From the NCBI RefSeq assembly GCF_000007005.1, contig NC_002754.1: a stretch of DNA of 64,000 nucleotides; one strand, 5' to 3'. The stretch is from Saccharolobus solfataricus P2. Lineage in GTDB: Archaea; Thermoproteota; Thermoprotei_A; Sulfolobales; Sulfolobaceae. This document shows, piece by piece, positions 1 through 13,528 of this stretch (position 1 is the stretch's first letter; each line of letters opens with the position of its first letter). The position numbers were made by a program, and so were the translations under genes. The notes under the pieces are model-generated. The model saw only the letters and a list, made by a program, of their open reading frames with translations. It searched no databases and had not been told where the DNA came from.

Positions 1-477
1 CATAATAAGATAGTACAAGAATATTCACAGAGGATAAATGAATTAATAGTTAAAACTAAGGAAGAAATTGAAGGAGAAAAAGCTAGACTAGAGGTGGAAA
101 ATAAGCGAACATTATTAGTTGAGAAAGAGTACTGGATAAATAAAGTTTATGAAAGAGTTTTGGGAAAGATTGGAGAAGTAGTTAAGACCAAGGAGTACAA
201 GGACGCAATAGAGAACATAATAAGTAAAGAAATTAAAGAGATTAGAGAAGAGAAAGTTACCATATATTGTTCCCCAAATGATAAACTAATGATAGAGAAA
301 ATTGTAGGCAATAATAAAAACGTAACTGTAAAGACTGATGAGAAAATGCTTGGTGGAATAAAAATATATTTTGAAAGGAGTGGATTAACAAGAGATTTTT
401 CATTAAAGCTTATCTTAGACCAAGTTTTTGATAGTATGAGGGGAAAGATTTCAGACATGTTGTTTGGAGGTAAGTAA
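1..477 (+). CDS. atpE: A/V-type ATP synthase subunit E (5'-truncated by the window edge)
   Basis: Frame is open from base 1 ([15 protein letters not shown]...) through the track ORF to the stop at 477; coiled-coil then 'MLGGIKI...D.S' subunit E C-domain; directly upstream of atpA. Confidence 0.9.
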   Translation, partial: HNKIVQEYSQRINELIVKTKEEIEGEKARLEVENKRTLLVEKEYWINKVYERVLGKIGEVVKTKEYKDAIENIISKEIKEIREEKVTIYCSPNDKLMIEKIVGNNKNVTVKTDEKMLGGIKIYFERSGLTRDFSLKLILDQVFDSMRGKISDMLFGGK

Positions 478-479
478 AA

Positions 480-2258
480 ATGGATAATGGAAGGATTGTC
501 AGGATAAATGGTCCATTAGTCGTAGCAGATAACATGAGAAATGCACAGATGTATGAAGTAGTAGAAGTTGGAGAGCCTAGATTAATCGGAGAGATTACTA
601 GAATAGAAGGAGATAGAGCATTCATTCAAGTTTATGAAGACACTAGTGGAATAAAACCAAATGAGCCAGTGTACAGAACGGGTGCTCCTCTGTCAATAGA
701 GCTGGGTCCAGGCTTAATAGGAAAAATATTTGATGGATTACAAAGGCCACTAGACTCAATCAAAGAGCTCACAAAATCTCCTTTTATAGCAAGAGGTATA
801 AAGGTTCCATCCATCGATAGAAAAACCAAATGGCACTTTGTGCCTAAAGTTAAGAAAGGAGATAAGGTCGAAGGTGGAAGCATCATAGGAATAGTAAACG
901 AAACTCCATTAGTAGAGCATAGAATTCTAGTTCCTCCCTATGTTCACGGCACCTTAAAGGAAGTCGTTGCAGAGGGAGATTATACAGTTGAAGATCCGAT
1001 AGCGATTGTTGATATGAATGGCGATGAGGTACCAGTGAAGTTAATGCAAAAGTGGCCAGTTAGAATTCCTAGACCGTTTAAAGAGAAGCTAGAGCCAACT
1101 GAACCATTATTAACTGGAACCAGAGTACTGGATACGATATTCCCAATAGCTAAAGGAGGAACAGCAGCAATACCAGGGCCCTTTGGAAGTGGAAAAACAG
1201 TCACATTGCAGAGTTTAGCTAAGTGGAGTGCCGCAAAAATAGTAATTTATGTGGGATGTGGTGAGAGAGGAAACGAGATGACAGATGAGTTAAGACAATT
1301 CCCAAGTCTTAAAGATCCTTGGACTGGTAGACCCTTGTTAGAAAGGACAATACTAGTTGCTAATACAAGCAATATGCCAGTAGCAGCTAGGGAAGCAAGT
1401 ATATATGTTGGTATAACTATGGCAGAGTATTTCAGAGATCAAGGATATGATACATTACTAGTTGCAGATTCAACTTCGAGATGGGCTGAAGCTCTAAGAG
1501 ATTTAGGAGGAAGAATGGAGGAAATGCCAGCGGAAGAGGGATTCCCAAGCTATTTACCATCTAGACTTGCAGAATATTATGAGAGAGCTGGAAGAGTTAA
1601 AACAATAGGAAATCCAGAAAGATTTGGTTCAGTTACCGTTGCTTCTGCAGTATCTCCACCTGGTGGAGATTTCACAGAACCAGTAACAAGCCAAACGTTA
1701 AGATTCGTTAAAGTTTTCTGGCCTTTAGATGTATCATTAGCACAAGCCAGACACTATCCAGCTATTAATTGGCTTCAAGGATTCTCAGCATATGTAGACT
1801 TGGTAGCAAATTGGTGGAACACGAATGTAGATCCAAAGTGGAGGGAAATGAGAGATATGATGGTAAGGACACTGATTAGAGAGGACGAGTTAAGACAAAT
1901 AGTTAGATTAGTAGGACCAGAATCTCTAGCAGAAAAGGATAAATTAATACTCGAAACAGCAAGGTTAATTAAAGAGGCATTCTTAAAGCAAAACGCCTAT
2001 GACGATATAGATGCCTTCTCTTCTCCACAGAAGCAAGCTAGAATAATGAGATTAATTTACCTATTTAACACATATGCTTCTAAATTAGTTGAAAGGGGAA
2101 TTCCTACGAAGAAAATAGTAGATAGTATGGGACAGCTCTTACCAGAGATTATTAGATCGAAAGCCGCAATCAAGAACGATGAGTTAAATAGGTATGATGA
2201 GTTAGAGAGAAAATTAATTACTGTCTTTGAGAATTTGGAAAAGGAGGCTGGTACTTAA
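480..2258 (+). CDS. atpA: A/V-type ATP synthase catalytic subunit A
   Basis: GPFGSGKT Walker [28 protein letters not shown] motifs. Confidence 0.98.
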
Positions 2259-3649
2259 TGTTAAGCGTAAGGGAATTTTCAAACATATCTATGATTAAAG
2301 GCCCACTAGTTTATGTTCAAGGAGTAACGGATGCATCATATAACGAGCTAGTAGAAATTGAGATGCCGAATGGTGAAAGAAGAAGAGGTCTAGTTATAGA
2401 TTCTCAAATGGGAATAGCAATTGTGCAAGTTTTTGAAGGAACTACTGGCGTTTCACCTACAGGGACTAAGATAAGAATGTTAGGAAGAGGCTTGGAGGTA
2501 AAGATCTCAGAGGAAATGTTAGGGCGTATATTTAATCCACTAGGTGATTCATTAGACAACGGACCACCAGTGATTAAAGGCGAAAAAAGAGATATAAATG
2601 GATCCCCATTAAACCCAGCTGCAAGAGAGTATCCTGAGGAGTTTATACAGACCGGGATATCTGCAATAGATGGATTAAACGCGTTATTGAGAGGACAAAA
2701 GTTGCCTATATTTAGTGGTAGTGGATTGCCAGCTAATATGTTGGCTGCACAAATAGCTAAACAAGCAACTGTAAGGGGAGAGGAAAGTAACTTCGCAGTA
2801 GTCTTTGCCGCGATTGGTGCTAGATACGATGATGCTCTATTTTTCCGTAAGTTCTTCGAAGAGACTGGTGCTATTAATAGGGTTGCAATGATAGTTAGTT
2901 TAGCAAACGAACCACCGGTGATGAAGACATTAACACCAAAGACTGCATTAACGTTAGCGGAATATTTAGCCTTTGAACAAGATATGCACGTACTAGCAAT
3001 ATTAATTGATATGACCAACTATTGTGAGGCTCTAAGGGAAATTAGTGCTGCTAGAGAAGAAGTACCTGGCAGAGGTGGATATCCTGGTTATATGTACACT
3101 GATTTAGCAACGATTTATGAAAGAGCAGGAAAAGTTATAGGGAAGAAGGGCTCAATCACGCAGATGCCAATATTGACAATGCCAAATGACGATATAACCC
3201 ATCCAATTCCAGACTTAACGGGTTATATAACTGAAGGGCAAATAGTCCTTGATAGGGCTTTATATAATAAGGGTATTTATCCACCTATCAACGTTTTGAT
3301 GAGTCTATCGAGATTAGCGAAAGATGGTATTGGAGAAGGAAAAACTAGGGATGATCACAAGGATGTCTCAAATCAGTTATTTGCCTCATATGCTAGGGCA
3401 GTAGACACTAGAGGACTAGCTGCAATAATAGGCGAGGATTCATTGTCAGAAGTTGATAGAAAGTATTTACTATTTGGTGAGCTTTTTGAGAGGAAGTTTG
3501 TTAGTCAAGGATTTAATGAAAATAGGAGTATAGAGACCACATTGGATATTGGCTGGGAAATTTTATCAGTCTTGCCTGAATCAGAGCTAACGAACATAAA
3601 GACGCAATATATACAGAAATATCATCCGAATTATAGGGGTAAGAAATGA
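2258..3649 (+). CDS. atpB: A/V-type ATP synthase subunit B
   Basis: [39 protein letters not shown] motifs; TAATG overlap with atpA. Confidence 0.98.
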
Positions 3650-4287
3650 GCCAAAAAGTTTTGCCAACAAAAATAAATTTGATACAGTTTAGAAGGCAAT
3701 TGAGATTAATTACAGTTATAAAGAGATTATTGGAAAATAAGAGGGAGGTCTTGCTTCTCTACTTGAGGACTTATGCTTCACAATATGAAAAAATTTACAA
3801 TGAAGTAAATGAAGAGATGAAGAAAGTTTATGAGAGTTATTTACAAGCAGTAGCATCAGAGGGAATATCTAATATAGAGGAAATGGCTCTTTCACAAAAA
3901 CCTAGCCTAGAGGTTAATAGCGCAATAAAAGTAATTTTTGGAGTTAAGGTTCCTACAATAAGATTAGACAAATCTACTATTCCCGCAAAGCCTTTCAGTG
4001 ATGTTGAAACATCCCCTTACTTGTCAGAATCCTATGAGGAGATGACTGAAGCTTTAAACAAGATTATTGAATTAGTTGAGTTAGAGTCAACGATAAGATC
4101 GTTAGTATCAGAGTTAAGAAAAACTCAGAGGCTTATCAACTCAATAGACAATTACATATTACCATTTTATAGGGGATCTATAAAGTTCATTAAGCAGATT
4201 TTAGAAGATAGGCAAAGGGAGGAATTCTCAAGACTTAAAATTATAAGAAGAATATTACAGAGGAGGAGGGAAAGTGGATCAAGATAA
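3646..4287 (+). CDS. atpD: A/V-type ATP synthase subunit D
   Basis: PTKINL N-terminus, [24 protein letters not shown]-terminal motifs; operon position. Confidence 0.95.
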
Positions 4288-4432
4288 ATATTTACAAATT
4301 TTAAGAAACTCCCTAGAGGAGAAAAAGAGCGAAATTTTAAAGAATATAAATATGGAATATGAAAAACTGCTAAAAAATAGGCTAAGTCAGTTAGATGAAG
4401 TAAAAAGAAAGGTTTTAAAGGAATTGTCATAA
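4274..4432 (+). CDS. atpG: Small (52 aa) charged coiled-coil ATP synthase subunit (Sulfolobales subunit G/epsilon-like); absent from the ORF track
   Basis: GTG at 4274 after a GGAGG SD; [52 protein letters not shown]; fills the atpD-atpK gap. Confidence 0.8.
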   Translation: MDQDKYLQILRNSLEEKKSEILKNINMEYEKLLKNRLSQLDEVKRKVLKELS

Positions 4433-4452
4433 TAGTTTTCTGGGACTTAACT

Positions 4453-4761
4453 ATGAAGAGAGCTAGTTTGATCCTAGCCTTCCTAATACCAGTATTAGTA
4501 AGTAGTGTAATAGCAGCAGCACAAGCACCATCAGATACTGCACAAGGTTTTGCCGGTATTAACATAGGTGCAGGACTAGCAGTTGGTTTAGCTGCGATAG
4601 GAGCCGGAATAGCAGTTGGTATGGCAGCAGCAGCTGGAGTGGGTGTACTAACGGAAAGAAGAGATATGTTCGGTACAGTTCTAATTTTCGTAGCTATTGG
4701 TGAAGGAATAGCAGTATACGGAATCTTGTTCGCTGTACTAATGTTGTTCGGTAAGTTCTAA
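4453..4761 (+). CDS. atpK: ATP synthase proteolipid subunit K (c)
   Basis: Gly/Ala-rich hairpin [14 protein letters not shown]...IGEGIAVYG with the conserved Glu; N-terminal signal-like segment. Confidence 0.95.
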   Translation: MKRASLILAFLIPVLVSSVIAAAQAPSDTAQGFAGINIGAGLAVGLAAIGAGIAVGMAAAAGVGVLTERRDMFGTVLIFVAIGEGIAVYGILFAVLMLFGKF

Positions 4762-4805
4762 AATAAAGGTTAAAGTTTTTTATCTCCTTATGTTTTTTCC
4801 TTTTT

Positions 4806-6251
4806 GTGCAGATAACTAGAGAGAAGTGGTCAAAAAACTTTAGTGAATGGTTTGATTGGGTATTAAGAGAAGGAGAATTTTACGATTATGGGAGATATCC
4901 AATAAAAGGTATGGGAGTATGGATGCCATATGGATTTAAGCTAAGACAAAATATAATAGGAATAATTAGAAATTTTCTAGACTCTACTGGACATGAGGAA
5001 GTATTGTTTCCACTTCTAATCCCAGAAGATTTGCTAAGGAGAGAAAGCACGCATATTAAAGGATTTGAAGAGGAGGTATTCTGGGTAACTAAGGGAGGAA
5101 GCACGGACTTAGACGTTAAACTTGCGCTAAGACCAACTAGTGAAGTCGCAATAACCACAATGGAAAACTTATGGTTGAAAAGCTACAAGCAATTACCTAA
5201 AAAGTACTATCAAATTGTAAGCGTCTTTAGATATGAAACTAAGGCTACTAGGCCAATGATAAGATTAAGAGAAATTACAACTTTTAAAGAAGCCCATACG
5301 GTTCATGAAACTTACGATGATGCACAGAAACAAGTAGAAGAGGCAATAGAAATTTATAAGAAGATTTTTGACACTCTCACAATCCCATACGTCCTTTCTG
5401 AAAGACCAGAGTGGGATAGATTTGCCGGAGCTTTGCACACTTATGCTTTCGATACTATTATGCCGGATGGTAGAGCAATGCAAATAGGTACAGTGCATCA
5501 CTTAGGTCAAAACTTTAGTAAGGCATTAGATTTTAAGATACAGAAAAAAGATGGTAGTTTAGACTATCCACACCAAACAAGTTATGGTATTTCAGACAGA
5601 GCAGTAGCTTCAGTAATTGCAATACATGGAGATGATCACGGACCGGTTTTACCTCCTTCTGTAGCTCCCATTAAAGTAGTAGTAATACCCATTCCTGCAA
5701 AAAATGAAGAGGAAACTCAACAAGTAATGAAATACTCAATTGAGATCTGTGAGATGTTTAACAAGAACAATATAACTTGTTTGACTGATCAAGATACTGA
5801 GAAAACACCTGGGGAGAAGTTCTATATTTGGGAAATTAAGGGAGTTCCAATTAGACTAGAAATCGGCCCAAGGGAGCTTATTTCTGGCACAGTATTTATA
5901 AAGAGAAGAGACAATTTTAAGTCTTATACTGTAAGGAAAGAAGAAGCCATCAATAAGATTAAAGAACTTCTAAATGAAATCCAGGAAGACTTAAGAAGAA
6001 AGGCTTGGGAGGATCTTAAATCTAGAATAGAGTATTCGAATGATATTGAAAAAGCTAAGAAGATATTAGGGAATAACTCAGGTATTGTAGAAGTCCCTTG
6101 GTGTGGAAGTAACGAGTGTGGCTTAAAAATTGAGGAACTTACCAATGCGAGAGTACTAGGTTATCCAATAGAGAAGAGAGAAGTTAATGATAAGTGCGTA
6201 ATTTGTAAAATGAACGCAAAAACAGTTCTAAGGATTGCAAAAACTTATTAG
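4806..6251 (+). CDS. proS: Prolyl-tRNA synthetase, archaeal type
   Basis: [35 protein letters not shown] motifs; C-terminal Zn site and AKTY end. Confidence 0.97.
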
Positions 6252-6285
6252 AGATTAAATAGTGTGAATTAAATAGGGTGTAAAA

Positions 6286-6573
6286 TTGCCAAAGAAGAGA
6301 GAGAACAGAGGAAGAAGAAAAGGAGATAAAGGACATGTTGGTTATATAAGTTGTGATCAATGTGGTGCTAGAGTACCAGAGGATAAGGCAGTATGTGTAA
6401 CAAAAATGTATAGCCCCGTGGATGCTTCTCTAGCATCTGAATTAGAAAAGAAGGGTGCAATAATTGCTAGATATCCTGTAACTAAGTGTTACTGTGTGAA
6501 TTGTGCGGTATTTTTGGGTATTATTAAGATAAGAGCAGAAAATGAGAGAAAGCAAAAAGCTCGTTTAAGATAG
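6286..6573 (+). CDS. rps26e: 30S ribosomal protein S26e
   Basis: MPKKRENRGRRK...CDQCGARVPEDKA...YCVNCA. Confidence 0.95.
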   Translation: MPKKRENRGRRKGDKGHVGYISCDQCGARVPEDKAVCVTKMYSPVDASLASELEKKGAIIARYPVTKCYCVNCAVFLGIIKIRAENERKQKARLR

Positions 6574-6606
6574 GCTTTTAAACCTTTAGTCAGAATATGT
6601 GATGAA

Positions 6607-7623
6607 ATGAGACTTTATGAATTATCTTTTGCACAAATTGAAGATTTTTTCTATAAACTAGCAGAAGTTAAAGATATTATAAAAGATCATGGTCTATTAG
6701 AATTTCTACCAGAATTTAAAAAATTGGATTCAACTGTCCATACGGGAACTACTAGAGTGAAGCATGCATTTCCAATCTTTCAAAAGGGAGGAGTCGTCAT
6801 GGATATTACAAACGTTCAGCAGGCTCAAATAGCGGAGGAAGCTGGGGCTGTAGCTGTAATGGTTCTAGACAAGCTACCTTATGATGTTAGAAAGTCTGGT
6901 GGTGTGGCTAGAATGGCGGATCCTAAGATAATTGAGGAGGTAATGAGTTCAATAACAATACCAGTAATGGCGAAAGTGAGAATTGGTCACTATTACGAGG
7001 CTAAACTACTAGAAGCATTAGGTGTTGACATGATAGATGAAAGTGAAGTCCTAACACCAGCTGACGAGGAACATCACATAAACAAGTGGGAATTTAGTGT
7101 ACCGTTCGTCAATGGAGCTAGAAATCTGGGAGAAGCACTAAGAAGAACATCAGAAGGAGCATCAATGATAAGAACTAAAGGTGAAGCAGGAACTGGAAAT
7201 GTAAGTGAGGCAGTAAAGCACATGAAGATAATAAATAGTGAGATAAGAAGCTTGATAAGTATGTCGGAGGAAGATAGGGTCAAAAAAGCAAGAGAATATC
7301 AAGTTCCTTACCAGATAGTTGAGCTCACTGCGAAAATCAAGAGATTACCAATAGTCAACTTCGCTGCTGGAGGTATAGCGACACCGGCTGATGCTGCTCT
7401 TATGATGTGGTTAGGTGCTGATGGGTTGTTTGTTGGTTCTGGTATATTTAAGAGCCAAGATCCGGACGAAAGAGCTAAAGCAGTAGTCCTAGCGGCAGCT
7501 TGCTGGGAATACCCAGAAATCGTATTGGAAGCTCAGAAAATGATAAGCGAACAGAAAAGTATGATGGGAATTGATATAAAATCTCTAAAACCGGAAGAAT
7601 TACTACAAGTGAGAGGGCTATGA
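6607..7623 (+). CDS. pdxS: Pyridoxal 5'-phosphate synthase lyase subunit PdxS
   Basis: [38 protein letters not shown] motifs. Confidence 0.97.
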
Positions 7624-8222
7624 AAATAGGTATAATAGCTTATCAAGGGAGTTTCGAAGAACATTTTCTTCAGTTAAAGAGGGCTTTTGATAAACTATCA
7701 TTAAATGGCGAGATTATTTCAATAAAGATTCCTAAAGATCTAAAGGGTGTGGACGGAGTAATAATACCGGGAGGGGAAAGCACTACAATAGGATTAGTAG
7801 CTAAAAGGCTAGGGCTATTAGATGAACTGAAAGAGAAAATTACATCTGGTTTACCAGTCTTAGGAACGTGTGCTGGTGCTATAATGTTAGCAAAGGAAGT
7901 AAGTGATGCCAAAGTAGGTAAAACCTCACAACCATTAATAGGAACAATGAATATTAGTGTGATTAGAAATTATTATGGAAGACAAAAGGAAAGTTTTGAA
8001 GCTATAGTTGATCTATCTAAAATAGGTAAGGATAAAGCTCATGTGGTATTCATTAGAGCTCCAGCAATAGCGAAAGTATGGGGAAAGGCTCAAAGCTTAG
8101 CTGAGTTAAATGGTGTAACAGTTTTCGCTGAAGAAAATAATATGCTTGCTACTACATTTCACCCCGAATTATCTGATACAACTTCGATACACGAATATTT
8201 CCTACATCTAGTTAAAGGGTAA
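7620..8222 (+). CDS. pdxT: PLP synthase glutaminase subunit PdxT
   Basis: PGGESTT, GTCAGAI, FIRAP, FHPE catalytic motifs; ATGA overlap with pdxS. Confidence 0.97.
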
Positions 8223-8259
8223 TCTTTTATTTTTATATAATATATACCTCGATTGAAAA

Positions 8260-9792
8260 GTGGGGATAAGGATTTTGAATGATCTGATGTTAGATAAAAG
8301 TGCGTTATTATTTGGGGTCTCGAAATATCTTGAGAAGGGAATAATTACTGGTAATATCCTAATTCATAAATCACTTTTAGCTGAACTCGAAAAGGAAAGT
8401 AATGATGGTTTAGTTAGCGCTGAAATAGCTCTTGATGAAGTGAAAAAGTTAAAAGATATAACAGAAAGAATTCTAGTTAATTTTGAAATAGTAGGCGAAA
8501 ATTCAAAAAAAGGAGAAGCTAATGAACTTTCGCGTGAATATTGCTTAGAGAAAGGTTGCATAATGGTTACCGCAGACGAAACGCAGAAAAAGATTTGTGA
8601 TGTGATGGGGATACAGTATAGTTTTTTACAACCGTTAGAGCAAAGTTTATCATTTGAAAGTTTCTTTGACGATGAAACAATGAGCTTACACATAAAAGAG
8701 GATACTGTACCGAGAGCAAAAAAAGGTAAGCCTGGGAATTGGAAATTTGTAAATCTCTCAAATAAGCCTATGTTGTCAGTTGATGTAAAAAGGATAGCTA
8801 ATGAGATAATTAATGGTGTTAGGTTCATAAAAGGTTCTTTTATAGAAATAGAGAGAAAAGGTTCTCTCATTATACAGTTAGGCAATTATAGAGTGGTGAT
8901 AACTAGACCACCTTTAAGCGATGGTTGGGAGATAACTATAACTAGACCAGTTGTTAGGAAAAGATTAGAAGATTATGGTTTAGATGAACGACTAATAAAA
9001 AGGTTAGAAGAAAGAGCAGAGGGAATAATTATAGCAGGAGCTCCTGGTATGGGAAAGACAACGTTCGCACAAGCACTATCAGAATACTATATGAGGTTAG
9101 GGAAGATAGTGAAAACCATAGAATCCCCGAGAGATATGCACTTACCTCCAGAGATAACACAATATTCTAAAAACTATGCAGAAATTGGAGAGCTTCATGA
9201 TATTTTACTATTAAGTAGGCCAGACTATACAGTATATGACGAGATGAGGAATGACGAGGATTTTAAACTTTATATCGATCTTCGCCTTGCAGGCATAGGA
9301 ATGGTAGGGGTAGTTCATGCTACCTCACCGATTGATGCAATACATAGGTTTGTAAACAGAGTAGATATAGGTACAATACCAAATATCTTGGATACTATAA
9401 TATTCATAAATTCTGGAAACGTAAGTAAGGTTTACACTTTAGAAATCACAGTAAAAGTACCAGCAGGATTGAAGGAAGCTGACCTTGCGAGACCAGTTGT
9501 AGAAATAAAAGATCTAGTCACTGGGAATACTGAATATGAGATATATGTATTCGGTGAACAGACCATGATAGTACCAGTGAATAGAGGAATCACCTTGAAT
9601 AATATGGAATTTAAAATATCGAAAATTGTTAATAATATAATACCAAAAGCTACAGTAAAGTATGAGGACGGAGAATACGTTATAGTAATACCAAAAGAAG
9701 AAATAGGAAAATACAATAGGAAATTGGTACAACGATTAAAGAGACTCGAGAAGAAGAACAATATAAAGATAAAGATTAAACTGTCAGATTAG
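8260..9792 (+). CDS. pina: PIN-domain ATPase (PINA-type Holliday junction branch-migration ATPase)
   Basis: Degenerate N-terminal PIN fold, Walker A GAPGMGKTT, YDEMR, GMVGVVHA; convergent with hjc. Confidence 0.85.
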   Translation: MGIRILNDLMLDKSALLFGVSKYLEKGIITGNILIHKSLLAELEKESNDGLVSAEIALDEVKKLKDITERILVNFEIVGENSKKGEANELSREYCLEKGCIMVTADETQKKICDVMGIQYSFLQPLEQSLSFESFFDDETMSLHIKEDTVPRAKKGKPGNWKFVNLSNKPMLSVDVKRIANEIINGVRFIKGSFIEIERKGSLIIQLGNYRVVITRPPLSDGWEITITRPVVRKRLEDYGLDERLIKRLEERAEGIIIAGAPGMGKTTFAQALSEYYMRLGKIVKTIESPRDMHLPPEITQYSKNYAEIGELHDILLLSRPDYTVYDEMRNDEDFKLYIDLRLAGIGMVGVVHATSPIDAIHRFVNRVDIGTIPNILDTIIFINSGNVSKVYTLEITVKVPAGLKEADLARPVVEIKDLVTGNTEYEIYVFGEQTMIVPVNRGITLNNMEFKISKIVNNIIPKATVKYEDGEYVIVIPKEEIGKYNRKLVQRLKRLEKKNNIKIKIKLSD

Positions 9793-10220
9793 AGAAAATT
9801 ATCTAGCGTTCTACTTATTTTTGCCTCTACTAATCTTACCAAATCTTCTAAATCTAACCCTTCAATTTCAGAGTCTGCAACGTAATTTCCGGTTTCAGTT
9901 CTTCTTAACTTCTCAAATGGTATGAACTTCAAAACACCGGGCTTTTTGACTCCTAAAAATAGCGAACCGCCACTCTTTCTTGCAAATTCTATAATACCTT
10001 CTGCTTGTTCCCTTCTAACATAAATTTTTCCCTCTATATCCTTTCTACTCTTCATCTCAATTAAAATAATAACGCCATTCTTTAAAGCGATAATATCCGG
10101 TATAGGGTCTTTCCTCTTACTACCACTTGCTGGAGCTCTCACAACAGCAAAACCCTTATCCCTTAACCTGCTCACAATATTTCGTTCTACTGCGGAACCT
10201 TTCCTCTTTTTAGCGTTCAT
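9789..10220 (-). CDS. hjc: Holliday junction resolvase Hjc
   Basis: KGSAVER...RAPASGS...PDIIA...IEMK PD-(D/E)xK motif. Confidence 0.97.
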   Translation of the reverse strand: MNAKKRKGSAVERNIVSRLRDKGFAVVRAPASGSKRKDPIPDIIALKNGVIILIEMKSRKDIEGKIYVRREQAEGIIEFARKSGGSLFLGVKKPGVLKFIPFEKLRRTETGNYVADSEIEGLDLEDLVRLVEAKISRTLDNFL

Positions 10221-10252
10221 AAGGTATTATATAAATAAAAGTTTGTAGTATT

Positions 10253-11601
<1,349 letters not shown>

Positions 11602-11624
<23 letters not shown>

Positions 11625-13320
11625 GTAATATCACCTGTTTTAATCTTCCACCCGGTGGTAACGTAGGTAAGGCCAGCTCTTCCTTATCTACTGGTACTCT
11701 AATTACTGCAGGGATGTCTTCCTTTATTGCACTTTTAATCGACTTTTCTATTTCCTCGTAAGTCGTTGCATTAAAGCCTAAAGCACCGAATGCTTCAGCC
11801 AATTTAACGAAGTCTGGCGAAGGACCATAATCTACACCTACTATTCTCCTTCCGAAGAATAAATCTTGAACTTGCCTCACTAACCCTAAGGTTCTATTAT
11901 CAAATATCACCGATATTACTGGAATGTGCTCATCTACAGCCGTGGCCAAATTTGTTCCAGTCATTAAGAACGAACCGTCACCATCTAGATCCACTACGAT
12001 TTTATCAGGCCTAGCCAATTTGGCTCCCATTGCAGCAGGGAGACCAAAACCCATTGTACCCATTCCAGATGATGTTAGAAAAGTTCTGGGTTCCAATACT
12101 TCCCAAAACACTTCTGCCCACATTTGATGTTGACCTACACCAGTAGTTACTATAGCATCTCTTGGTAATGATTGCCTAATTGTTTTCATAATCTTCCAAG
12201 GCTTTAATTTTCCGTTCTCCTCAGTGTAGTAAAATTGGGAATAATATTCCTTGTACTCTTTAACTCTTTTTATCCATGCACTTTTATCTCTTTTTTGGCC
12301 CAGTGTTATTATTGCCTTTATTAGCTCCCTTAATATTATCTTAGCGTTACCGTAGAGTCCTACATCCACTTTTATGGCCTTTTCTCCATCTGTCGGATCT
12401 ATATTAACCATTATGAATTTCTTTCTGGTCTCTACCATTTCGTCATATGATGTGAATGTCCTATCGCTAAATCTCGCACCTACTACTAGCATTGCATCAG
12501 ATTCTAGAGCAGCCATTGATGCCTCAGCTCTTCCATAATATCCCATTGGTCCGAAATATAAGGGATGATCATGCGGTATTGCAGTTTTTCCAGGAAAAGT
12601 TGAGACTATTGGAATATGCAATAGTTCTGCTAACTCCAAAACTTCTGGAGTCGCGTTCGCCCATACTACTCCAGTACCTACCAAAATTATTGGTCTCTCT
12701 GCATTGATTAGAATCTCAGCTGCCTTTTTCAGTGCTAAACGATCTATTCTAGTTGGGAAATCCCTATAACCCTTAACAAGTGGTTTCTCTGGCCATTTTA
12801 TCTCTTCCATTTTTTCATAGAAAATATCCCTAGGGATGTCAACCACAACTGGCCCAGGTCTTCCAGTAGTTGCTATATAAAATGCGTTCTTAATCCACTG
12901 GGGTATCTCATCTATCCTCTTAATACCAATAACGTATTTGGTCACATTTTCGAACACTCCCATAGCATCAGCTTCTTGGAATGCCATCTTACCCATAACG
13001 CTTCTAGGCACGTTACCAGTTATTGCAATAACAGGAGAACTATCCCAGTATGCAGTAATAAGCCCCGTAGTTAAATTGGTCGTACCTGGACCAGATGTTG
13101 CTGTGCATACACCTGGGACTCCAGAAGCTCTTGCGTATCCATCTGCAGCATGCGCTGCGGCTTGTTCATGTCTCATTAGAACATGTCTAAGCTCACCATT
13201 TGCCAAATCTTCTACGAAAGCATCATATATCTGCATATTCGATAATCCTGGTATTCCGAATACTACCTTAACTCCTTCTCTCTTTAGAGAATCAACTAAA
13301 ATGCGTGCGCCTGTTGGCAA
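11602..13320 (-). CDS. ilvB: Acetolactate synthase large subunit
   Basis: RHEQAAAHAADGYAR, TSGPG, GDGSFLM TPP motif; SD AGGTGAT 5 nt before TTG. Confidence 0.97.
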
Positions 13321-13412
13321 TTTATATCACCTTCTTATATATAGAACTCTCGTATCTAATCCAATTTTTATTTCCTTTATCAAGAAACCCGTTAAAAGTT
13401 TTGAAACATGTA

Positions 13413-13451
13413 TTAAATTTGGAGGGAGAACTCACCTATCATCTTTTTCAC
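13413..13451 (-). other. Candidate 12-codon upstream ORF (MKKMIGEFSLQI) in the ilvB leader
   Basis: GTG lies 31 nt downstream of the TTTAAA in a BRE-TATA-like element, the spacing seen for leaderless genes in this window. Confidence 0.35.
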
Positions 13452-13474
13452 GTCTATGCTTTTATGTATGTATG

Positions 13475-13490
13475 TTTTTAAACTTTTTCA
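13475..13490 (-). promoter_or_regulatory. BRE-TATA promoter candidate for the ilvBHC operon
   Basis: Minus strand reads TGAAAAAGTTTAAAAA (purine-rich BRE plus TTTAAA). Confidence 0.55.
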
Positions 13491-13528
13491 TTATTTTTAT
13501 TTAGGAATGATAAAGTAGATAATAAAAA

